Origin: Eledone cirrhosa
Taxonomy: Eukaryota
Assembly (NCBI GenBank): GCA_964016885.1
Contig: OZ024750.1
Coordinates: forward strand, 17,608,001 to 17,672,000
Direction of reading: 5' to 3'
DNA: 64,000 bases
The position numbers were made by a program, and so were the translations under genes. Of this stretch, positions 54,137 through 64,000 are shown piece after piece (position 1 is the first letter of the stretch; every line of letters begins with the position of its first letter). The notes under the pieces are model-generated. The model made no database searches. It was given only the letters and a program-made list of their open reading frames with translations, and was not told where the DNA came from.

Positions 54137-56887
54137 TTGTAGAGGACATGAAAGCCCCTCTAGTGCTGGTGCAGTGATAAAATACAGCCAGGACAATCTG
54201 TAAAATAATTGACATATGAAAAGAGGCAACTTAGGGTAAAGAGGACTCTTTAGCCTTGCAGAGAACAAGCAAACATCTCTAGTGTTGGTATTATGATAAA
54301 ATACACCCAGTACACTCAGTTGACAAATAGAGGTAAACAACTTCTTTCTGATAAAATACATTCATTACACTGTTAAGTGGTTGATGTTAGGAAGGACATC
54401 CAATCATAGAAACCATGCAGCCAAAACTGGAATGTATTTCATGAATGTTTCTTGTGAGTCAACAACCATAGAGCATTTCCATGTCCATTATATTTTTTTA
54501 AGTTTCAGTAAGTCAACTGAAAGGTGTGATTTGATTGGGATTTAACTGGTGTTTCTAGCACGTCTCACGACCTGTTTTAGTTGAGGTGTGTCAGTTAACC
54601 ATAACAAACTGGTTCTGACATCTGTTGACTAAATTAGACTTAATAAAAAAGCTGTAAACTCGGGTTATTCTTTTTTCTTTCTTTAGTTCTGGTTAGAAAT
54701 TGGTGAAATAGAATGATAAATAGATTTATATGTTAAATAGCAGGTATAAAAATATACACACAAACACCCATTCACATATATATATATACATACACCTATT
54801 CACATATATATATATACACCCATTCACATATATATATATATATATATACACCCATTCACATATATATATATATACATACACCCGTTCATATATACATACA
54901 TGTACACTACGCCTATTCATTTATATATACATGTATACATATACACACATTCATTTACACACATTCATTTACACACACACATATATATATATATATATAA
55001 ATATATATGCACACATCCATTCAAGCATAGTCACAAATATATACACCCTCAAACATTGGCATACATCCACACATGTATACATCACAAATATATACACCCT
55101 CATCCACACATGTATACATACATTCACATACAACCATTCAATCATGGAGTCACTAATGTAGTTGTTTGAACAACGGGAATAGCTTGCTCGTGATATGAAT
55201 GTGAAAGTTGCTGAGCGTCCCTCGGCATGACAGTATTCACTTCCCTGACATTTGTATATTATACATGAACCTTTGATATGTTGTAGTGCACCTGAGTACT
55301 GTACACAATAATTTCATTATTATTATTATACATCCAAACGGCGGTGGATTGGCAGTATCGGCGGTGGATTGGCAGTATCAGTAGAGGGTCGGACGCCATG
55401 CTTTCCAGCATAGTTACGTCCCTTTACGATCTGAGTTCAAATCCCGCCGAGGTTGACTTTGCCTTTCATCCTTACGGGGTCGATAAAATAAAGTACCAGT
55501 AATGAACTGGGTAATTGCTGGCCTTGTGCCTAAAGTAGAAACAATTATTATTATACATCCATATGTTCAAATCCCGCTGAGGTTAACTTTGCCTTTCATC
55601 CTTACGGGGGTCGATTAAATAAAGTACCAGTAATGTACTGGGTAATTGCTGGCCTTGTGCCAAAAGTAGAAACAAGTATTATATATCCATATGCTCACAC
55701 ACACACACACATCCATACACATACATCCATACCTACTCAGGTTCTCTGATTATCAGCTATTTTTCATTTTATATTATCTTGTATTTTTTCCTTTTAAATT
55801 ATATTATGAATTTTTTAATTCTTTTACTGGTTCCAGCCTATAGACTATGGCCATGCTGAGGCATTGCCTTGAAGGGATTTTGTCAATCATATCAACCCCA
55901 GTACTTATATTTTAACCCTTTACTATATACTATTGTATTTTTGTGGTAAAGGATTTATCTCACATAATTATCTCACATAATATTGAATCCATGAGATTTT
56001 GATATTATTTATTTTGAGAATAATACTTTAACATCAATATGAGTGGTTGGTTATAGCCAATTTAAAAAAAAAAAGAGGTGAGAGAATTCTGGCTGGATAT
56101 GGCCAGTTAAATGTTAAAGGATTAAACTATATTTATTTTTTTACTGGTTCCAGACTGTGGCAATGCTGGGGCATTGCCTTGAAGGAATTTAGTCAAGCAT
56201 ATCAACCCCAGTACTTATATTTTAAGTCTGGTACTTATTTACAAATCTCTTCCTTTTAATCCATCGCCTTCATTCTCCTCAATCTCTTTCATCTTCCTCA
56301 AAACTCAAGAAAGCTTTTTCCTGTTTTCTTACTCACCACCATCATCATCATCATCATACATCTACTTTCCACAATAGCTTGGGTTGTACAGTCTGTCATG
56401 GTCTGAGACCAAATGAGTTGGAGGAACTTCATCTTGCTCACACATTCCATATTTGGCATGATTTCTCTGGCTGGATGTCACTCCTAATGCCAACCACTTT
56501 ACAGAGTTTATTGCATGCATGTTTTTGTGGCAACACCACTACCACCTTACACTGTACTGGATGTGTTTTTCGTGACACCAACACTAACACTTTACTTGGT
56601 ATACTCCGGTACATTTTATTGTGGCACCATTTTAAATTCAAAACACTCCCCTTAACCAACAGCACTATTTCTGAATCAATGGTATAATAATTATTAATAA
56701 TTACCCTAACATAATTACAGATTTATTTGTGTAATAATTGCTGGTGTAAATATTTTATCCCTTATTTAATTATTCAGTGATTATTTATTCATTACAATAA
56801 AGATCTAAAAAATTCTTCATGATAATTGTTAACTGAAGAACCTTCAGCATTTATCGCCATTTTATATCTGCTGTTCCATGTTATCAT

Positions 56888-57092
56888 GATAAATTTCAGG
56901 CCCATAACTGCTAAACAGAGCTCAACATTTTGACAAAGTTGGTACTTGTTGTCAAGAGTCGGGTGGGCGAAGCGCAGACATGTATCATTCCAGACAGATC
57001 CATCCACAACAACCTCCACCTCATGCGATAGATACATCATCGAGAGGGTAGCTAAGGAATCTGGAATGGGTGGGGCCCCTGATCAACATGGA
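56888..57092 (+). mobile_element. L1/Tx1-clade RT fragment (frameshifted)
   Basis: NFRPIT/LNRAQ.../VGEAQTCIIPDRSIHNNLHLMR/YIIERVAKESGMGG/LINMD, matching RT subdomains 1-3. Confidence 0.75.
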
Positions 57093-57319
57093 TATGAATA
57101 TGAGTATGAAAGGAAATGTTAATGGAGGAAATGGGTGATACACCAGTACCACCACCATCACCACCACAATCAGCCCAGTACTATTACCACCACCACCATC
57201 ACAGCCAGCCAACCATCATCACCACCACTATAGTCAAGCTACCTGATCAAGATAATTTAATGAACATATTATAGCTGTGAGCAGCCTCTTGTTAATTAGT
57301 GCAGATTATGAAGCTGGTA

Positions 57320-57384
<65 letters not shown>

Positions 57385-57548
57385 CATAGCAGTACTATAA
57401 ACAACTACTACCAACACAGCAGTAGAAACATCATCTACCACCACCACCAGCACCACCACCACCACCACCACTACAGCAGTTTAAAAAAACAAAAAGTTAC
57501 ATTTACAGTTCACACCTATGTATATGTAGCTGGCCTCCTAAGTCGTTG

Positions 57549-57950
57549 CATCTCATAGGAAGATTCTTGTATGATTTAATGGTAGAGGCCTCGACCATAT
57601 CATACACATGTATATTTGTTACAACTCCGAACTATGTAGATTTAGCTAGGCTTCTATGTAGTTTCATCTCATAGGAAGATTCTTGTATGATTTAATGGTA
57701 GAGGCCTCGACCATATCATACACATGTATATTTGTTACAACTCCGAACTATGTAGATTTAGCTAGGCTTCTATGTAGTTTCATCTCATAGGAAGATTCTT
57801 GTATGATTTAATGGTAGAGGCCTCGACCATATCATACACATGTATATTTGTTACAACTCCGAACTATGTAGATTTAGCTAGGCTTCTATGTAGTTTCATC
57901 TCATAGGAGGTTTCTTGAGTGTTTTAAGGATAGAGACCCAACCCTGTCAT
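57549..57950. repeat. 116-bp tandem repeat, three copies plus a diverged partial
   Basis: catctcatagga at 57549, 57665, 57781 and 57897. Confidence 0.95.
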
Positions 57951-58271
57951 ACATACTCATATGTATGATGTTACAGATCACACCTGGTTTTGCAGTATCG
58001 GTAGAGCGTCAGACACCATGTTTTGCAGCATGGAGTTTGCTGGCCCCTTACGTTCTGGGTTCAAATCCTGCCGAGGTTAACTCTGCCTTTCATCGTTACG
58101 GGGTCAATAAAATAAAGTACCAGTAATGCACTGGGGTAATTACTGGCCTTGTGCCAAAAGTAGAAACATTATCCACAGTATTGTCTTCAGCAACAGCATT
58201 AACAACAACATCTTGAAAGGAAGCTTATTTAAAAATTTTATTTTACTTTATTTTTCTTCTTTCCTTTGCAG

Positions 58272-58452
58272 ATTCTTTTCGTTCACAAGCACCAAAAAAC
58301 GGACCCCAACACCAAGTCCTCTTATGAAACGTAGGGGCAGCACCTCAAGTGACCACTCTGAACTGGGTCTCGGAGCTCCTGGAGCTCCCTGCCATTCCTA
58401 TAGTACTGGAAACCTAAAGGAACTTGGAAACAACACAGCTGCCTACAAGTAA
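58272..58452 (+). CDS. R7 RGS probable last coding exon: FFSFTSTKKRTPTPSPLMKRRGSTSSDHSELGLGAPGAPCHSYSTGNLKELGNNTAAYK*
   Basis: Strong polypyrimidine tract plus ttgcag; phase 2 matches the previous exon; GC-richer than its flanks. The TAA overlaps a possible donor (AA|gtaact). Confidence 0.75.
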
Positions 58453-60416
58453 CTAAACTCCCCATTCCTTCACAAAAACTGAATTGTGGACTTTTAGTAA
58501 ACCTTGGTCATATTTATTCCATCGGTTTTCTTCTTCTGGCACCTTTTCACTCCCTAAATATTTTCAGTTGGTCCTTATATCTCATTTTTACCCCCAATTT
58601 TTCCCTCTTATAACCCCATTTATTTCTACCTACCCTCCAGAAACTTACCAACTTTTGTTGTTGCATTTTTTAAAGACTATTTTTAATTATTTTCACCCCT
58701 TTTTTTTCGTTTACCCAATGTTGTTCATTAATTATTGTGATTATTATTATTATTATTTTTATTATTATCCTGATTGTTATAATGAGGCAATGTTACTTCC
58801 TTTGTTGAGTTGTTGTAATAACTGGTACCTTTTCTGTGTTGTTGTTTTGTTGTTTTTGTTGTTTACTATTTTCTGAACATGTTAATATTTGTCTTTATAA
58901 TTGTTATTTTTATTGTTTTATTATTACCATCATTATTATTATTAAATGTGAAAAACCTTTATTTTGTTGTTGTTGTTGTTACTGTTGTTTGGTGTTTTTT
59001 TATTTGATTTTATTTGCTTGTTTTTATGGGCTTTTTTTCTGTTTTTAGTAAGTTTTTCTTTTGTGGAAATGTATCTCTACTGTTTCCATGTTTACCCATA
59101 ATCCACCTGTCATTTATTCAGGTTATCTCGCTTAGTGTTGGCAGTGAATTGGTAGAGTCGTTATGATATCAGACAGAATACTTTACGGTATTCGTCCCAC
59201 CTCATTGCACGCTCTGAGTTCAAATCCTGCCATGGTCAAATTTGCCTTTCATTCTTCTAAAGTCAATAAATCTGTCTAGTACTTCCTCTCTATCTCTTTT
59301 TCACTTCCTCTCTATTACTTACTTTCATTACTCTGGAAAAAATTTGGCTATATTCAGAACTGGAGAGGGGATGGATTCCCAGGTTTAACCAAAATGCCTA
59401 AGAAACATTGTCACTACAGTGACCCTATGATGCTACCAGAACTTATGCTTAAAAAGAAAGGAATTAGGGAGTATGCACAGGATTTTTCAGCATGCTAGAT
59501 AGAGCAACCAAATCCCCCTCAAATTAAATCTTTGATATCAAAAATTTTTATTTAATTTATCTGTATGCTCCAAGATGTCTGAATAAGCTCTTTGTTTTTT
59601 TTTACTTAGAACCATGGTAACATGGACAAGGAGATTAGGATGTGATCAAACCCTACTATCTTAGTGTCAACATAAAATCCTGGGAACAGCCTTCTCAGTA
59701 GAGGTCCTCAGGGCGCTCCCTCATTCATTAAGGCACTATATATGTTCACAAGAGACACATACACAAGTGATTGGGAACCAAATGTAAGTGCCACAAAACC
59801 AACCCAGCTAACACCTCTACTTCAATGGAAGCCAGAGAATACATGTGCCACATGTGTGGTTACTAATTCTGAGAGAGAATCAGACTTACCAGTCATCTGT
59901 AGACACATAAAACCCCACAAAGTCATGGTCTTCATTGACTATTAATGGACAGACAACCAACCATCTCAGAAAAGGACATACTGGGCAATGTGGTCCTGGG
60001 ATCAGGGAAAAGACAGGATGGTCACATATGGATTGTTTTTGATAATGAGTCTACACGATCAGTAAGCACTAATGTACATATGTAGCAGGAAGCACAGACA
60101 TTAAATGATGATGATGATGAGGGTATATATATACACACAGCATGGTATATATATATACACAGCATGGCCACAGCCAGATTGAAAAAAATATATAGACATT
60201 AAATGGTGATTATATATATATATAGAGAGAGAGAGAAATGACTTCTACAGGACTAGAACTGCTTCATTTGTCACAAATCATATATATATGTATTCCTATA
60301 TATGTAATTTGCTCTTGAATTTACATTATATATATGTATACAGGATGTCCCCAAAAATGTATACACACTTTGATTAGAATGCTGTTGAAGTGTTTATATA
60401 ATTTTGGAGGAGACCT

Positions 60417-60455
<39 letters not shown>

Positions 60456-60521
60456 TTTTTTAATATATTCCTGTATATGCCATTCACTCTTGATAGTATA
60501 TATATATATATATACTATCAT

Positions 60522-60587
<66 letters not shown>

Positions 60588-60589
<2 letters not shown>

Positions 60590-60743
60590 CAAAGGAATTG
60601 TGGTAAGGAACCAGATGGACCATAACGCACCAGAGTACTCAATACTTAGGGTAGTAGAGTGGGAAATAGGAAAAAGTATGACCCCAACGGCAGAGCTCAA
60701 GCCGTTTCGACGGCTTGAGCTCTGCCGTCGGGGTCATACTTTT

Positions 60744-60746
<3 letters not shown>
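60588..60746 (-). mobile_element. Penelope-like family 2 fragment with about 38-bp fold-back stem
   Basis: aggaaaaagtatgaccccaacggcagagctcaagccgt-ttcg-acggcttgagctctgccgtcggggtcatacttttcct; (TA)n on both sides. Confidence 0.65.
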
Positions 60747-60782
<36 letters not shown>

Positions 60783-60783
<1 letters not shown>

Positions 60784-61660
60784 GAGGTGTGTCAGAAAAG
60801 TTCCAGGACTGGTGTCACAAAAGATTTATTTCAAACCCAAACTTCAGACTAAGAGTTTTTTCCTTCAATAATCAGTAATCCCCCTGGAGTATGTAACTGT
60901 AATCTTAGCTCTCTGCAGCGATCAAACTTTTTCTTCATAATTTTATATACATGTCCTCTGTTTCAGGTTGTCAAGCAATGAGCACAGAGCAACGAACAAA
61001 CTTGAAGTTTCTGGTACGGTTGGGGAAAACTCCGTCAGAAGCACTGGGATTGCTGCAGCAAGTGTATGGAGATGAGATGATGTCACGCTCACATGTTTTT
61101 GAGTGGTGCAAGAGATTTAAAGAAGGATGCGAGGACGTGGAAGATGACCCCAGGAGCGGAAGGCAGATGGAGCGTAGCGATTGTCGGCTGACTGTTCGAC
61201 TGATGACAAATGAGCTGGGCATGAATCGGGACAGCGTCTGGAAGATTCTCACTGAAGATTTGGACATGCTGAAAGTCTGCGCGAAGATGGTGCCAAAACT
61301 GCTGAACGATGACCAGAAGGGTCGACGCAGGCAAGTGTGCCAGGACATCCTTGAGCGTCTTGAAACCGAACCAGACTTGCTAGGGACAGTCATCACCGGA
61401 GATGAGTCATGGATCTTCGAGTACGACTCGGAGGGGACCCGTTTTGAAGACGTGGACGACATCAAAAAGACTGTGGCGACGGAGCTGCGGAGGATCCTGG
61501 AAGAATCCTTCCAGGAGTGCATGCAAGCATGGCAGAAAAGGATGGAAAAGTGCATTAGACTCCAGGGGATTACTTTGAAGTAGAAAACTCTTAGTGTGAA
61601 GTTTGGGTTTGAAATAAATCTTTTGCGACATCAGTCCTGGAACTTTTCTGACACACCTCG
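60783..61660 (+). mobile_element. Internally deleted mariner element with long TIRs; ORF 60951-61583
   Basis: TA TSD and TIR cgaggtgtgtcagaaaagttccaggact. The ORF has an HTH region (EQRTNLKF...FEWCKRFKEG...PRSGR), CAKMVPKLL (WVPHEL-like) and ITGDESW, then jumps to the C-terminal RFEDVDDIK...WQKRMEKCI. Confidence 0.93.
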
Positions 61661-62111
61661 TATATACTATCATCATCATCATCATCATATATATATATAT
61701 ATATATATATATGACTTCTACTAGACTAGAATTGTTTAACTGTTTCATTCATAAGAAATCATCATGTATATCGAGATATGCCAACAAAAGTAAATATATA
61801 AATATAAATATATATACACACACGTATTATAAACAGTTACTGTATTTCAGTTGGTATTCTAAGTTACTTCCTGACATGGAATTGTAGAAAACATAAAATA
61901 AACAAATAGATAAACAAATCAATGGAGAATTAAAATATAAATGTCAGCACTGAAAACTAAGTGGAAAAAGAAGTCTTAGAATATTGCAATTCTTTAAAAT
62001 GGATGATAAACAATCTAATGAATAGTTCCTAATTCTTAGCAATTCTTATCTAGAAATTATTGAAATTCAACATTTCTTATCTGTGGAACTAAACTAGCAG
62101 CAACCATTTAG

Positions 62112-62187
<76 letters not shown>

Positions 62188-62294
62188 AACTTTCTAAGAC
62201 ACACAAACACTCACTCACAAATGCTCTCACACATATAGAAACCGACATGCACATATACACTGACATGCAAACACATGCACACACTCACAGAGAT

Positions 62295-62334
<40 letters not shown>

Positions 62335-62458
62335 AAATGCTCACTCACATATAGAGACCAAACATGCACATATGCACTGACATGCAAGCGCATGCACAAC
62401 ACTCTCACAGAGACACACAAACATGCATACTCTCACAGACACACTCGCTCATACAAAT

Positions 62459-62492
<34 letters not shown>

Positions 62493-62879
62493 ACTGACAT
62501 GCAAACACAAACACACACATTCACACACACACACACACACATCATTTACTATCCAGTGTTGTATGCTGGCAAGGGTTAGATGAGCTGTCATAGACCAAGT
62601 CAGTACTTAATGAGAGCTAGTGACCTCACCAGCAAGCTGGGGTTGACTAGCTCTTATATATGTTCCAGTTTTGGCATGATTTCTACACCTAGATGCCCTT
62701 CCTATCAACAACCCCTTTACAGAGTGTGCTGGGTGCGTTTTATCATACCACACATATGAAGGAAATTGTCATGTCCTTGACATGGGCGAAGAGTCTTCCC
62801 AACACATATATATGTGTGTGTATATATTCAAGCATGGAAAAATGGATGTAAAAACGATGATGGTCACACATATATATAT

Positions 62880-63216
62880 GGAGGCACATGGCTTAGTGGT
62901 TAGAGCATTGGCCTTGCAATCGAAAGGTTGTGAGTTCAATTCTCAGACCGGGTGATGTGTTGTTTCCTTGAGCAAGACACTTTATTTCACATTGCTCCAG
63001 TTTACTCAGCTGTAGAAATGAGATGATAGGGACTGGAGTCCCTATCATTCCGCTGCAAAGTGGTCGTGGAGGTGCCACAGTAAAAAAGCACCCAGAACTC
63101 ACTGTAAATGAGGTTGGTGTTAGGAAGGGCATCCAGCTGTAAAAATCAAGCCAGAATCAGTTCCCGTTCCACCCTTGCAAGCAGGGAAAAAGCGGACGTA
63201 AAATGATGATGATGAT
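62880..63216 (+). mobile_element. SINE-B (tRNA head, CORE-like segment, RTE-like (ATG)n tail)
   Basis: tggcttagtggttagagc A-box, gagttcaatt B-box, gtgttgtttccttgagcaagacacttta, tail gcggacgtaaaatgatgatg; five near-identical copies in the window. Confidence 0.92.
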
Positions 63217-63450
63217 ATCAAAAGTATATATTGAGTTAAAAACTCACAATAGTCCCTTATAATTAAAATAGCTCAAGGAAAAAAATTTTCCGACCCTTAT
63301 AATATTATTTAATATAATAGAGACAAACACAGATATATACATATATGCATTCAAATCATAAGGGTTTAGGTCCCTTATGATTTGAACGCATATATGTATA
63401 TAGCTGTGTTTGTCTCTCTTTATTATATTAAATTATATATATATATATAT

Positions 63451-64000
63451 GATGGCTGCCAACTCGTTTTCGAGTACGGCCACTACTTTATATCCATGTA
63501 GGAGAACTCCTACCGATGCGGTGAACGAGTGTGACTTTTTAGTCCAGCCAGCGACTTGAAAACTCTGGTACAAACACTACACTTGTGACAATTATTGACA
63601 CATAGTGCTGGGCCCATGGTACCATGTGACGACAAGTGCAGAGAGATCTCCAGATATAAAGCAATGCCTGTGCCGTGAAGCTTTTATAGTGAGCAAAGGC
63701 ACTGCACAAAGCCAGTCCCACTCTCTTAACCAAGATGATATTTACCAAAAAGAAGAACAAGTCAACATCATTGGATACCATCAGTGTTGCAGGTGTTACA
63801 TCAGTTTTCCTTCTCCTAGAATTCTGCCTTGACAAAGGCTAAGGGGTCATCTCTCCCGGTGATTTTGGATGGCCATTAACTCTTAAGAGCTCCTTTGCCC
63901 TTTGACAGGTTTTGTTTTTAGTCCTGCAGGATGTCCAAAGTCACCCTCCTCACCAAGAAACCTTGGTGGGGTTGCCAGTTTAGTCGCCAATGGCCCGACG
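63451..64000 (-). mobile_element. Non-autonomous RTE-headed retroposon copy (runs off the window)
   Basis: Near-identical to 34213-34770. Confidence 0.7.

Noticed and set aside
60971-61555. 194-aa antisense ORF in the mariner
   Set aside because: It is a shadow frame of the transposase with no recognisable motifs.
62880-62955. tRNA gene
   Set aside because: The A and B boxes belong to multi-copy SINE heads, and no complete cloverleaf is evident.

Overview
AT-rich, microsatellite-dense animal genomic DNA. The SINE families and repeat landscape suggest an octopus or other cephalopod (inference). It contains one protein-coding gene on the + strand: ten exons (1306-58452) of an R7-family RGS protein (DHEX-GGL-RGS domains, EAT-16/RGS7/9-like). 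I spliced these by hand into 384 in-frame codons with GT-AG introns; the DEP-domain exons lie upstream of the window. The introns hold two tRNA-derived SINE families, LINE fragments (RTE, CR1, Tx1/L1, CRE-like), TTAA, hAT and Tc1 MITEs, a decayed hAT-type transposase, many mini- and microsatellites and a 200-N gap; a deleted mariner lies downstream of the last exon. The most interesting signal is a set of (TA)n-embedded, Penelope-like retro-fragments. They carry type I hammerhead ribozyme motifs (two complete, sense to the pre-mRNA) and fold-back ends. Several fold points fall on ribozyme helices and one falls on the predicted cleavage site. Almost all long ORFs in the supplied track are microsatellite artefacts.
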